Shown piece by piece: positions 1-9,627 of a stretch of 64,000 nucleotides of DNA. Numbering within the stretch: position 1 is the first letter of the stretch; every line of letters starts with the position of its first letter. The stretch lies in the IMG/VR virus record IMGVR_UViG_3300010263_000119, one strand, 5' to 3'. Under the pieces are notes generated by a model. That model saw nothing but the letters and a program-made list of their open reading frames with translations. It made no database searches and was not told where the DNA came from. The position numbers were made by a program, and so were the translations under genes. This DNA is from a virus.

Positions 1-1035
1 GTAGGTCGAGCAAATCCAAACTGCTTTTTGGTACTTCGTGCCCGAGTTGTTCATCTTCCGGTGAAAGCGTTTCCCACAATTGTTGCATACTATTTTCCCC
101 GTATAAGGATAGATGGCTGTTGTTTTTGACTTTGCGCTGTATTGTTTCTCCCGCCTCTTAATTTCTTCTTGCACCCTGTCAAATAATTCCCTGTCTATAA
201 TAGCTTCATGATTGTCTTTAACATAATACTTGGGTAATTCGCCGTTGTTTGGGACGTTTTTCTTTGTTAAATGGTCGGCTACAAAAACCTTTTGCAAGAG
301 CAAATCTCCGACATATTTTTCATTGCATAGAATTTCTTTAATTTTTCTGCTGTCCCACTCTCCATTATTTTTGGGCTTGATACCAAGAGATTTTAGTTTT
401 TTCACAATAGCCAGCCGCCCCATGCCGCTTATGTACCATTCAAAAATCATTCTAACTGTTTCTGCTTCTTGCTTATTGACAGTGAGAACACCCTTATGAA
501 AATCATATCCCAGAATATTAAATGTGTTTGGTATTCCATCTTTGTAATTGTTTCTAATGCGCCATTTACAGTTTTCAGAAACCGACAAACTTTCCTCCTG
601 CGCAAAAGAAGCGAGGATGGTAAGCATCAGCTCGCCATCCTCGCTTATGGAATGTAAATTCTCTTTTTCAAAGTATACGTCTATCCCAAGTTCTTTAAGT
701 TCCCTTGTCACTTCCAAAAGAGTAAGCGTGTTGCGGGCAAACCTTGATATAGACTTTGTTATTATCATGTCAATAAGCCCTGCGCGGCAATCGTCCAGCA
801 GGCGCTGAAACTCCGACCTGCTTTCCTTTGTGCCGGTTATTGCTTCATCCGCATAAACTCCAACATACTGCCAATCTTTGTGTCTTTGTATATAACCGCT
901 GTAGTAGCTGACCTGAGCAGAGAGCGAATGGAGCATGGCATCCTTGCCGCTTGATACTCTCGCATAGGCAGCTACACGTTTTTTGGTCGGTAAAGCTGGT
1001 AATACCGGCTCTATTTTTCTTACAATCCGTTCCAT
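1..1035 (-). CDS. Large serine recombinase/integrase, 5' part (continues off the left edge)
   Basis: Not in the ORF track (no stop in window). AAGGAGG RBS, then ATG at 1035: MERIVRKIEPVLPALPTKKRVAAYARVSSGKDAMLHSLSAQ...YADEAITGT; YARVS catalytic Ser motif. Confidence 0.93.
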   Translation of the reverse strand, partial: MERIVRKIEPVLPALPTKKRVAAYARVSSGKDAMLHSLSAQVSYYSGYIQRHKDWQYVGVYADEAITGTKESRSEFQRLLDDCRAGLIDMIITKSISRFARNTLTLLEVTRELKELGIDVYFEKENLHSISEDGELMLTILASFAQEESLSVSENCKWRIRNNYKDGIPNTFNILGYDFHKGVLTVNKQEAETVRMIFEWYISGMGRLAIVKKLKSLGIKPKNNGEWDSRKIKEILCNEKYVGDLLLQKVFVADHLTKKNVPNNGELPKYYVKDNHEAIIDRELFDRVQEEIKRREKQYSAKSKTTAIYPYTGKIVCNNCGKRFHRKMNNSGTKYQKAVWICSTY

Positions 1036-1093
1036 TCAAAGCCCTCCTTTCAGTGTCACATATTACCTCTAAAGCCTTCATATATCAAGGAAA

Positions 1094-1255
1094 TCAGCAG
1101 CATAAACTGCCCAATAACGGCCTATATTTATTAATCAATATTGTATTAATTTTTCGGTAATCCCGCTCGTCAATAACATTGGATTTAAGCATGGATTTGG
1201 CAATAATCAGCGCCACTCTGTAATCTCTTTCAGATTTAAACTGCTCTGTGCTCAA
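1094..1255 (-). CDS. Small SHOCT-like protein of the recombinase module
   Basis: GGAGGTG RBS and TTG at 1255: MSTEQFKSERDYRVALIIAKSMLKSNVIDERDYRKINTILINKYRPLLGSLCC; typical position upstream of phage serine recombinases. Confidence 0.65.
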   Translation of the reverse strand: MSTEQFKSERDYRVALIIAKSMLKSNVIDERDYRKINTILINKYRPLLGSLCC

Positions 1256-1667
1256 AAGTATCACCTCCAAAACGATCCTTAATATAACAACTGTGGCTAC
1301 AGTACTTGTTTTCTTCCTTGCTGCGGCTTTTAAACTCTTTTCCACAATATCTGCATTGCGCGTCCGTATATATGGCAGATGCAGTCTTTTCGTTTTCTTT
1401 CCACCATAAACGGCGGCAATCTTCCGAGCAAAACTTTCTTGGCCTGTGCCTACCGGTTTGGGATATAGGCTTGCTACAGTATTTGCAGAAAGAGTTTTTT
1501 AATATGTCATTTTGTTTTTTTGAATCATTGAACTTTGTACAAATGTTGTTTCGCCTGCAATATGATTTTACTGTGTTAACGGATATATTTAGAGATGAGG
1601 CTATTTGAGAATAACTCATACCTTCAGCTCTCATCTCATATATTTTTGCTTTTTCTGCCGGTGTCAA
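1236..1667 (-). CDS. HTH (sigma70 region 4-like) plus zinc-finger protein
   Basis: Probable TTG start at 1667; GMSYSQIASSLNISVNTVKSYCRR HTH and several CxxC motifs. Confidence 0.7.
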   Translation of the reverse strand: MTPAEKAKIYEMRAEGMSYSQIASSLNISVNTVKSYCRRNNICTKFNDSKKQNDILKNSFCKYCSKPISQTGRHRPRKFCSEDCRRLWWKENEKTASAIYTDAQCRYCGKEFKSRSKEENKYCSHSCYIKDRFGGDTFEHRAV

Positions 1668-1689
1668 CAGGCTCACTCCCTTCCCAATA

Positions 1690-2307
1690 TCATCCTGTTC
1701 TGTTTGCCATTCTATAAAGCATCTGCCATACCTCGGCACGGGTGGCGGGTTCCTCCGGCCTTGTTCCGTCGGATATGCCATTCGCCTTTACCCACCACTG
1801 GGCGTCATTGTACCAAGGTATGTTTGACTTCTGTTTAAGCTGCGCCTTAAACGTATTCCACAGCGCCCAGTTGTTAGCGCTCATGGACGCCGGGCAGTTC
1901 TTGCCGCTTGCGTCGTAGTGACGCACGACACGATCTATAGGGATATTAAGTTCTGCCATGAGATGTTTTGTTAGAGCCACTGCATTTTGAAAAGCAATAT
2001 CGTAATTGCCGTCCGAATTGACACAGATTTCAATGCCTATGGAATTAGCATTTGTTATACCGTTCTTACCCTTGCCGTCGCCGCAGTGCCAAGTGTAGTA
2101 GGTGCTGTAGTCATTGACCTGCAGGATTTGCTTATCGTCCACAAAAAAGTCTGCCGATGCCTGCCTGTCGCCGCCATTAAAATAATTAAAATGGGCTTCG
2201 GCATTGGCTCCCTTGTTTTTGTTTCCGGTGTCGTGAATAACGATATACTGCGGCCTTTGACTTCGTGTGGTTTTGTTATATGCAATCTGTTTTTTATTTA
2301 TCTGCAT
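1690..2307 (-). CDS. Endolysin, N-acetylmuramoyl-L-alanine amidase (Amidase_2) with SLH-like C-terminus
   Basis: IVIHDT, WHCGD, SIGIEIC, VVRHYDASGKNCP motifs; PATRAEVWQMLYR tail. Confidence 0.92.
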   Translation of the reverse strand: MQINKKQIAYNKTTRSQRPQYIVIHDTGNKNKGANAEAHFNYFNGGDRQASADFFVDDKQILQVNDYSTYYTWHCGDGKGKNGITNANSIGIEICVNSDGNYDIAFQNAVALTKHLMAELNIPIDRVVRHYDASGKNCPASMSANNWALWNTFKAQLKQKSNIPWYNDAQWWVKANGISDGTRPEEPATRAEVWQMLYRMANRTG

Positions 2308-2692
2308 CGTTATCCTCCTTTAACTTAGCAAGCGCATTTTTCAGCTGCTTTGGCAGCGGCAGGCCCAAAGCGCCCCAGTTTTCCAAAATCGAAAACCCTT
2401 CGTTTGCAATGTAATAGGTGATTGCGGCAACTCTGAAAACAACCGTTTCACCAGCCATTAAAGTATCAAGCTGTGTGGCAAGTGCCACAATCAGTAGTAT
2501 TCCAATCTTTTTTACACCGCCCATATAAAAAGTGCTTGATGCAAACTCTTTTTTAACCCATGCCTTGATAAATCCGCTTACCAAATCAATAAAAATCAAA
2601 ATTAAAAGGACAGCCATCAGACTGTCCATGCCGCCAAATACATATGCAAAGAAGCTTGTGATTCCGCCATATAAATATTTAAGTTTATCCAT
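2294..2692 (-). CDS. Holin (phage holin 4 / toxin-secretion type)
   Basis: Hydrophobic helices, YYIANEGFSILENWGALGLPLP motif, adjacent to endolysin. Confidence 0.88.
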   Translation of the reverse strand: MDKLKYLYGGITSFFAYVFGGMDSLMAVLLILIFIDLVSGFIKAWVKKEFASSTFYMGGVKKIGILLIVALATQLDTLMAGETVVFRVAAITYYIANEGFSILENWGALGLPLPKQLKNALAKLKEDNDADK

Positions 2693-2695
2693 AAA

Positions 2696-3556
2696 TTAAC
2701 CCTCCTTATAGATCTGCAGATAGCTTTCACCTGTATCGGTATTATAGTAATAATGCGTTACCGATATATAATAAAGGCTTCCGCCATTTAGCGTGAAAGC
2801 CTGAGAATAAAAGTATCCATCTGATATTTGACTAAAGCTGCTGTCATATAACCTAAGTTCGTGGTCGCCAGAGATCCATTTTTGCTGTATTCTGTACACT
2901 CCATTTGTCGGCACCGTAAATTCAAAAACCTTCATCTGCTCCGAGGTTGACTTGAAATACCCCGAATAAACCTTCGGCAAAGAAACTAGAGTGTCATCAA
3001 TGTTTATCATAATATCCTTTGCCTTGGTCAACACGCCGCCCATATTTACATAAACTTCATTGACACGCTGTGATATGCCGTAATAATTGGGGAATATACC
3101 GTACTGGAAATCTCCCGTCAATAAATCCGCGGTGGTTACGCTTTCGGTAATAGTTAGCTGCTCAACACCAAACCAGCTGTCCCATGTTCTGCTGCTGCCG
3201 GGATTTGAGGTCGGCACGACTGCAAATTTTGCGATATTGTAATTCGGTATGTCAGTGTCAATAGTATAAAGACCGTCATTTGGCATGTTAAATGTAAGGA
3301 TATCAACCCAGCCGTAGCTTTGGCGGTACACCATGAAGTCCCACGAACGGCCATATATCGTGCCTGATCCAGTGTTCTCCACTTCAACTTCAATCTTCAT
3401 ATGCCTGACACCCGGAACTGTGTTATTAAATTCCATCGGGTAAGTATAACATCCATTTAATGTGGTTCTACTCTCCGCCCACTGATTCCCGTACTTGGCC
3501 GTATCGCTGTATCCGCAATAGGGATAATCGTATTTAAAAGAAATCGTCCTGCTCAT
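2696..3556 (-). CDS. Putative tail fibre / receptor-binding accessory protein
   Basis: Between tail fibre genes and holin; beta-rich, VYVNMGG motif. Confidence 0.5.
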   Translation of the reverse strand: MSRTISFKYDYPYCGYSDTAKYGNQWAESRTTLNGCYTYPMEFNNTVPGVRHMKIEVEVENTGSGTIYGRSWDFMVYRQSYGWVDILTFNMPNDGLYTIDTDIPNYNIAKFAVVPTSNPGSSRTWDSWFGVEQLTITESVTTADLLTGDFQYGIFPNYYGISQRVNEVYVNMGGVLTKAKDIMINIDDTLVSLPKVYSGYFKSTSEQMKVFEFTVPTNGVYRIQQKWISGDHELRLYDSSFSQISDGYFYSQAFTLNGGSLYYISVTHYYYNTDTGESYLQIYKEG

Positions 3557-3558
3557 GG

Positions 3559-4176
3559 CTAAAACACCCTTATCAAAATATCCCCGTTGGAAGTGGAAGG
3601 CGGGGTGTCACCCGATGTCCATATCACAATATTTCGTACCTGTTTAGTTGAGTATGCAGTGTTTGACTGGGCGACAAGCTTTGCCGACATTGTAGTATCT
3701 GTACCTTTTGGCACGAAGTTATTGTCCACATAGCTTTTATTGACTATGTCATATGAACTTGATGGTGTCTGCACCTTAGCTCTGCCGTTTGCATCTCTGA
3801 TAATAAGCCTTCCAGCTGTATTTTCTGCTGTGGCATAATCAAGCTTTTGTTTGTCCGCCGCACTCATAAACCCGCTTGATATGGTGGTGGCATTGGCGTG
3901 GGTGCCGCTTTGGATATGGTTTCTGCAATCCTCAAGGGTGACTGAAGGATCCGCCTGCCATGATGACTTGCCTGTGATTGCTTTAATGCGATTGGCAAGC
4001 CAGCCGAGCACTATTGAAATTTTTCCTTTCGTAGCCGCGCCGGGCGCTGTATTCGCCGATACTGTGGGTGTCAAAATCTCGTCCAAGGTGTCCATGTTTT
4101 CATTCAGCACGGCCACATCCGCGTTTTCATTGTACAATGGTTTCTTAAAACCATAGTTTTCCGTTGTTTTAGGCAC
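3559..4176 (-). CDS. Tail fibre protein
   Basis: TTENYGFKKP...ADVAVLNENMDTLD N-terminus; GFMSAADKQKLD repeat typical of fibres. Confidence 0.7.
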   Translation of the reverse strand: MPKTTENYGFKKPLYNENADVAVLNENMDTLDEILTPTVSANTAPGAATKGKISIVLGWLANRIKAITGKSSWQADPSVTLEDCRNHIQSGTHANATTISSGFMSAADKQKLDYATAENTAGRLIIRDANGRAKVQTPSSSYDIVNKSYVDNNFVPKGTDTTMSAKLVAQSNTAYSTKQVRNIVIWTSGDTPPSTSNGDILIRVF

Positions 4177-4180
4177 AAAC

Positions 4181-6097
4181 TCACCCCCTAAACCAGATTA
4201 GAACCTTGTCATCCGATACTCTTTTCAAAACAGGGTAACCGCCCTTTATAGATTTTACGGCTTTCCCTCCGGTACCGCACCGGCACATATCTCCGCTTTG
4301 CAAGGTGCCGTCATCATAAACAATCAATTTACCGAGCACACCAACAGTTGCCCATTCGGGCCGCTTTAATCTTGGCACATATTCCTGTGCACTGTCCCAA
4401 TTGGGATTGAGCAATGGCTGGCGTTCAATACGCTCCTGAGCAATTATGTTTCCTTCTTCATCCTTTTCCACTGGGATAACCACATCATGATACTTTACCC
4501 GTCCGAAATCATCGGTTAAATACTTGCCATGCCAATGCATCTCTCCGCTGTCGCCAATAATTGCCGGCATGGCTGAAATTACACCAAGAGGAGTGTCAAA
4601 GTCATCTGCAATGGTTATTTTATCGCCTACAAGCTTAACAAAATATCCGGCCCTGTCCTCATTGTCTGGGTTTCCATCCAGCCATTCGAAAAGCTCCGAA
4701 TAGTCCGCGCATGGGCTTGTCAAAGTTCCGTCAGCATGTATATCACCGTTTTGCAGTATTTTTACCGCAAGACCCTGTGCCGCTAAAGATGTACCGTTTG
4801 CAAGGCTCCATGAATATTCCTCCGGACTTGTTCCGTATTTTCCGTATGTTACAGCTCCGGGATGGGCGGCAATGGTGTATAGTCCGTGTGCCTGGGCATA
4901 TGCACCACCCGCCATCCCGTATCCGCTTGCAAGGTTTTGTCCATTTGACGACTCTATTCTAAACACATATCCGTCGCTGATTAAAGCTTCTCCATATCCA
5001 CCCCAACCAATATTTGTGTCGCTTGATAAATAGATTGTCTGACCGGATACACCTGTCACATCTGCTACGGTATATATGATAGTGTTTCCGTTATTTTTAT
5101 ACCGTATCAGAATCTTATTTCCGACAAGCCCGGATAGATTTTCACCGCTTGCAGCAGTAAGTGTTTTTGCAGTAGCAGACATTGCAACACACTTTATTGC
5201 CCTTCCCGCAGTTCGTCCGTAGTTAAAGGAAACGGAATTATATCCATAGCAACTACTGTAATTAAAAGCAGCTGAATACTGTTGATCCACTAATGCCGAG
5301 TTGGCCGCAAAACTACTATAGCTAGATGCTGTTGAAGTGTTACAAGAAAATGAATTCATTCCTTTGGCATTTCCTATGTTTACTGCCGCACTTGATGAAC
5401 CGGAAGCAATGCCGCTGTTTGCGGTAAAACTGTTTGTTCCGCTTGAACTGCTGCCCATAGTAACCGAGCCGTTGCCGTTTTTCTTATATTCCTCTCTCAA
5501 TACATAGAAACCTGAAACATAAGTATAGTCTAAAACTGTATGATAGTCATCAGGCGGAGTGTTAGACAATGGCATAAAATCTACGGCAATATAATTGTAA
5601 TTCATATTTACTTCAGTAACAGAAGCAAGAAAATTTCCGGTGCTTACACTAATCCATTCATACCAGTCAGGGTCACACCATGACTGCTGAAAGTTTAAGG
5701 CGATTCTGTCTCCAACCTTCAGGTTGAAATTTACATCATCGTCGTAAATGTAAAAATAAAGTCTTTTTGAAGATGTGTCCACCCAATCAAAATATACTTC
5801 TCCCATGCCCTCGGCTATGGTTTTATTAGAGCCAATAACCAGATGATTGTCTCCAATAATTACGTTACCCGTACCAAACACCCTGTTGCCGTTTCCGAAT
5901 ATAATGTTTCCGCTGCCGATAACAGTGTTGTCCTCACCTTCCATATAAAGCTGCTCGCCCGATATGGTGCCCTGACTGTTTGCCAAGACCTCGTTAATTG
6001 CCGCAACTACTTCTTTTGCATTAGTACGTAGGTTTGCGACATCGCCTACATCGGCAAAGGTAGCAAGACCTATGTCATTTGGTTGTATCTCAGCCAT
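4181..6097 (-). CDS. Tail spike with C-terminal Peptidase_G2-like autocleaving chaperone
   Basis: Asn/Gly/Ser beta-helix repeats; ADYSELFEWLDGNPDNEDRAGYFV...RPEWATVGVLGKL. Confidence 0.8.
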   Translation of the reverse strand: MAEIQPNDIGLATFADVGDVANLRTNAKEVVAAINEVLANSQGTISGEQLYMEGEDNTVIGSGNIIFGNGNRVFGTGNVIIGDNHLVIGSNKTIAEGMGEVYFDWVDTSSKRLYFYIYDDDVNFNLKVGDRIALNFQQSWCDPDWYEWISVSTGNFLASVTEVNMNYNYIAVDFMPLSNTPPDDYHTVLDYTYVSGFYVLREEYKKNGNGSVTMGSSSSGTNSFTANSGIASGSSSAAVNIGNAKGMNSFSCNTSTASSYSSFAANSALVDQQYSAAFNYSSCYGYNSVSFNYGRTAGRAIKCVAMSATAKTLTAASGENLSGLVGNKILIRYKNNGNTIIYTVADVTGVSGQTIYLSSDTNIGWGGYGEALISDGYVFRIESSNGQNLASGYGMAGGAYAQAHGLYTIAAHPGAVTYGKYGTSPEEYSWSLANGTSLAAQGLAVKILQNGDIHADGTLTSPCADYSELFEWLDGNPDNEDRAGYFVKLVGDKITIADDFDTPLGVISAMPAIIGDSGEMHWHGKYLTDDFGRVKYHDVVIPVEKDEEGNIIAQERIERQPLLNPNWDSAQEYVPRLKRPEWATVGVLGKLIVYDDGTLQSGDMCRCGTGGKAVKSIKGGYPVLKRVSDDKVLIWFRG

Positions 6098-6099
6098 GT

Positions 6100-6738
6100 T
6101 TAAATAACCTCCCTTGCGTACGCTCTGTTTTCATTCCATACCACAATGCCGTTTCCGCCGTCGCCGCAGTAGTACGGAAATCCGTTTACAATTCGAAGAT
6201 TTTTTATAACCTCAAATGTCATTAGATTCTCCCATGTGTAGCTTCTGGTTTCGCTCCAGTCTGAAAGCGTGTTTAATACATCCTGCCATAGGCGATAGGT
6301 AAATATATATTCCACTGCCAAGTGGGCGGGCTTAATATCCTCAATCACCTTTTGTATGTCGGCAAGATTGTAGGGGACACCCTGTTTGCTCATGAATTTG
6401 ACGGCAAACACATACTCTGATGCATATTCAATAATCTCAATTTCACCGTTGACAAAGGATGCCGCCACATTTTTCATCATGGTTTTAGTGACGGTTCCGG
6501 TTCCTCTGAGCTTTGACAAGATACGTCCTCTGCGGGTTTCTAAATCCGCTGACGGGTTAGGGACTATTCCAACGTCAGCTTCGTGTTTCGAGATATTTTT
6601 ATCTGCAAGCAAAACAAAAAACTGATTTTCCGTCAGCCGGACTTCCTGCTTTATCCTCTCATACTCCGATTCAAGTGAATCCATTAGTTGATTCATAACC
6701 TTAGATTTTCGATAGTATGAAGGTAAATACTCACGCAA
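6100..6738 (-). CDS. Baseplate wedge protein (YmfQ/DUF2313-like)
   Basis: YLPSYY start, IEDIKPAHL motif, follows baseplate J. Confidence 0.85.
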   Translation of the reverse strand: MREYLPSYYRKSKVMNQLMDSLESEYERIKQEVRLTENQFFVLLADKNISKHEADVGIVPNPSADLETRRGRILSKLRGTGTVTKTMMKNVAASFVNGEIEIIEYASEYVFAVKFMSKQGVPYNLADIQKVIEDIKPAHLAVEYIFTYRLWQDVLNTLSDWSETRSYTWENLMTFEVIKNLRIVNGFPYYCGDGGNGIVVWNENRAYAREVI

Positions 6739-7765
6739 TAGTCACCACCCCCAGCACAGGCACTGCATTTTCAGGGATGTTAATATTCGAGGTGCCGCCA
6801 TTTACTTTTAGATTGCTGTAGTCTAAAACTTCGTCAACTGCCAATATGCAGCCGCCAATCTGGGCGTAGGAAATATATGTTCCCGAAAAGGCATTTTTCT
6901 TTAAATACGAAGATATGGAGTCTGATATTTTTTGCTTTGCTATATCCGTTGTCACACCGTTTGCCAAGGTAAGGGACACTGATATATTTATAGCAAGCGG
7001 TACAGCGCTTTCAACCGTAACATCCGCACCAATAGGGCGCTCAGCTTCAATATGGTTTTTAACAGCATTAATTAAAGCCGCGTCCGCCGCCTGTTTATCT
7101 GCGTTTATGATGATAACCTTAACCGTACCGACGCCATTCCAAAGCGGTATGCATTTGGCATCACCCACGCCTTCAACTTCCTTGGCCCACATAACATAAT
7201 GGTATTTTGAACCGGAGGTTGCGGGAAGAGATACCTTTTCAAAATACCGCTCCCGCAGTTCGTCGTCGCTCTCCTCGTTAAAACCTCCGCTTGTAGGTTC
7301 GGTGTTTGTGACCGACACAAGACCGCTGATAGTGACGGGAAATCTATTAATAGCACCAATCGGGACATTCCCTTGCTTGCCCGGTGTGTCACAAATAACG
7401 CTTACCGTTGCCGTTCCGGACGAATCGATATATTTAGTCTGGGTAACCGTAAATACAAGAGTGTCTGACGCAACCTTGTCGCCGCTTGATATGACAGCAC
7501 CCACATTGCCTGTTACAGTGACCGTCCCTGTGGCATAGGTTGCCGCTTTACGGATGAGGCCCTGCTCTGCAACCTTTTTGTCAAGGTACTCACCCTTTGC
7601 AGTTGCCGCAAAAGCGTTTAAGAGGATTTCCGTAAGCTTGTCATAAATTCTTTCCAATTCTATTGCAAGCGGCTTTTGGGTGTCATAAAAAAAGGAGCCG
7701 ACAGATTTGTCAAACTCCGATGAAATATTAGAGAGCAATCGCGACAGTATTTCTTCCCGAGTCAC
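6731..7765 (-). CDS. Baseplate J-like protein
   Basis: GEYLDKKVAEQG, ESDDELRERY, YVMWAKEVEGVG motifs; probable GTG start at 7765. Confidence 0.92.
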   Translation of the reverse strand: MTREEILSRLLSNISSEFDKSVGSFFYDTQKPLAIELERIYDKLTEILLNAFAATAKGEYLDKKVAEQGLIRKAATYATGTVTVTGNVGAVISSGDKVASDTLVFTVTQTKYIDSSGTATVSVICDTPGKQGNVPIGAINRFPVTISGLVSVTNTEPTSGGFNEESDDELRERYFEKVSLPATSGSKYHYVMWAKEVEGVGDAKCIPLWNGVGTVKVIIINADKQAADAALINAVKNHIEAERPIGADVTVESAVPLAINISVSLTLANGVTTDIAKQKISDSISSYLKKNAFSGTYISYAQIGGCILAVDEVLDYSNLKVNGGTSNINIPENAVPVLGVVTIA

Positions 7766-8159
7766 TTGTTTCCACCTCCATGCTGACTGTGATTCCGCTT
7801 GCGGAGCGTTCAATGTTAAAATTGGAGACCGACAGTATATTGAGGTTTTGCTTCAGTGCATCTTCAATTTCCCGTTTAAGTTCTGCTTCAATAAAGGCAA
7901 TAGGGTAATTGCTGCCTACAATTAAATCCTCGGTCCTGCAACCGTAGTCAGTGTCATTATATATTCTAAACCTTCCTTTTTCGGTTCGTAGTATTTTCTC
8001 AATCCAAACTTTGATTGCATCTATGCCTTTACATTCTACAAGCTTTCCGTCGCGAATTATGAAATCGCCTGCTGTAAAGTCAAACAAAAAGGACTTACCT
8101 GACATTACCGTTTCAGCATTGGTAACATCGGGCAAATCCTGCGTTCTGGGAAACATCAC
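7728..8159 (-). CDS. Baseplate protein (DUF2634/XkdS-like)
   Basis: SFLFDF...DAIKVWIEKILRTEKGRF..Y..DYG motif. Confidence 0.85.
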   Translation of the reverse strand: MMFPRTQDLPDVTNAETVMSGKSFLFDFTAGDFIIRDGKLVECKGIDAIKVWIEKILRTEKGRFRIYNDTDYGCRTEDLIVGSNYPIAFIEAELKREIEDALKQNLNILSVSNFNIERSASGITVSMEVETSDSGRNTVAIAL

Positions 8160-8431
8160 TGCACCACTCCAACCACAATAAATTTTTGATTATCTGCATA
8201 AGGCAGCAGAACAACTTCTTTCCCGAAGTTTATGTATTCGCCGTTTTCGTCAGTTTCGGTTAAATCAACACAGCTTTTTAAATAGGCAGCGGTCAGAATT
8301 ACTTTGTCACCGACACGGATTTTGATATTAGGCAGTTCAATAACCTTGCCGATAACAGGGGAATAACTGCTTGTGTTTTCCCGTTCCTTAAATAGTTTTG
8401 CAAGTTCTGTGATACCACTGATTTTTACCAC
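8156..8431 (-). CDS. Baseplate spike-associated protein (DUF2577/XkdR-like)
   Basis: Size, position, GKEVVLLP...QKFIVVG. Confidence 0.75.
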   Translation of the reverse strand: MVKISGITELAKLFKERENTSSYSPVIGKVIELPNIKIRVGDKVILTAAYLKSCVDLTETDENGEYINFGKEVVLLPYADNQKFIVVGVVQ

Positions 8432-8449
8432 CTCCTAAAAATGGACATG

Positions 8450-8476
8450 AAAAAAGCGACTACCGAAGTAATCGCT
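8450..8476 (-). terminator. Intrinsic terminator of the moron
   Basis: Imperfect stem AGCGA.TAC/GTA.TCGCT followed by a T6 run on the minus strand. Confidence 0.65.
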
Positions 8477-8488
8477 CTAATGGTTAAT

Positions 8489-9292
8489 TTATTTAATATA
8501 CATTTGCATTGCTTTATAGCAATTTGCTGTTTCTGAATCAGCATTATTATAATTGCTTGTAAATGACTGAAGACTTCCTGTTGGGTTAATTACCAAGTTT
8601 GTCAATTTTAAGTATGCATCATACAAATTTTTTAGTGCTGAATAAGCATCCTTGTATTGCTCCGGTGGGTTTGTTAATTCTTTCATTAATAAATTTACAG
8701 TATCCTGATTATCTTTTATTGAATCAATGGAAGTTTTAAATGTAGAATCTGCAAATAATGCTTGCAATGAATCATTGAAATCATCATTAAATCCATAACC
8801 TTTACTTCTTGTATATTTATCTGTTTTTGAATCAAATTTCTCGTATATAGTATTATACCAAACATCGTGAATAAGTCTCCCTGCAGTCTCGGCAGTTGAG
8901 GCACCTATTAGCATAGTAGACGCAGCAGCAGACATATTGATTTCATAATTTTTTATATTATTTTTGTTACTAATATTAATACCTATAATACTTCCAATTA
9001 TGATAAGAACTACTAAAATACATGAAATAATAATGGCGCTTTTTTTCTTTTTAGTTAATTTAAGAATCTTTACCCCTGTTACTTCAACTTTCTGAGGAAG
9101 AGGTTCCTTCTTTTCTAAAGGACAACCACACGATTTGCATACTGCATCACTATCTGAAATTTCACAACCACACTCTGGACACACCGACTCTTTGATTTCA
9201 ATAGGTTCTTGCATTAAAGTACCACAAGTTGGACATGATAAAGCTTTGTCACTGATTTGTTTACTACAATTTGGACATTCAATTAGTGCCAT
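8489..9292 (-). CDS. Moron: double zinc-ribbon, single-TM membrane protein
   Basis: Four CxxC pairs, KKKK then a hydrophobic helix, AT-rich; likely start MALIEC at 9292. Confidence 0.8.
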   Translation of the reverse strand: MALIECPNCSKQISDKALSCPTCGTLMQEPIEIKESVCPECGCEISDSDAVCKSCGCPLEKKEPLPQKVEVTGVKILKLTKKKKSAIIISCILVVLIIIGSIIGINISNKNNIKNYEINMSAAASTMLIGASTAETAGRLIHDVWYNTIYEKFDSKTDKYTRSKGYGFNDDFNDSLQALFADSTFKTSIDSIKDNQDTVNLLMKELTNPPEQYKDAYSALKNLYDAYLKLTNLVINPTGSLQSFTSNYNNADSETANCYKAMQMYIK

Positions 9293-9310
9293 TAGACATT
9301 CCCCTCTCAA

Positions 9311-9538
9311 TTACCCATTATACTCGTGGTTAAACCCACAAGCACCGCAATAATATGTAGATTTTTTCTTTCCCAATGCTCCTCCAAGTAATCCAACTGG
9401 GCATAATAAAATGCCCCCTACAGCGGCTTTTCCTACGCTAAAACCTTTTTTGTCCGTATCAACCTTTTTCCATTTTAAAACTTCGCCACACATTGGACAT
9501 TTATTTGGGGCACTTGCATAATAATCACCCCTCTGCAT
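9311..9538 (-). CDS. Moron: small zinc-ribbon protein with Gly-rich hydrophobic segment
   Basis: CPMC...KGFSVGKAAVGGILLCPVGLLGG...CGAC. Confidence 0.7.
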   Translation of the reverse strand: MQRGDYYASAPNKCPMCGEVLKWKKVDTDKKGFSVGKAAVGGILLCPVGLLGGALGKKKSTYYCGACGFNHEYNG

Positions 9539-9546
9539 TATTTCTT

Positions 9547-9575
9547 ATTTTACCACAATATTTTAATAAAGTCAA
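9547..9575 (-). promoter_or_regulatory. SigA-type promoter of the moron
   Basis: TTGACT-17 nt-TAAAAT with extended -10 TG. Confidence 0.8.
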
Positions 9576-9579
9576 CGCA

Positions 9580-9627
9580 TTTGTTAACATTTCATCATAA
9601 TGCTTTGTTAACATTTCATCATAATGC
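9580..9627. repeat. Exact 24-bp tandem duplication TTTGTTAACATTTCATCATAATGC
   Basis: Copies at 9580-9603 and 9604-9627. Confidence 0.95.

Noticed and set aside
845-1081. Apparent frameshifted recombinase start (78-aa ORF)
   Set aside because: The true LSR starts at 1035 in another frame with a good RBS and runs unbroken off the window; the listed ORF is a shadow
2696-6097. Diversity-generating retroelement or tail-fibre shufflon
   Set aside because: No reverse transcriptase, no TR/VR pair and no inverted cassettes or invertase seen
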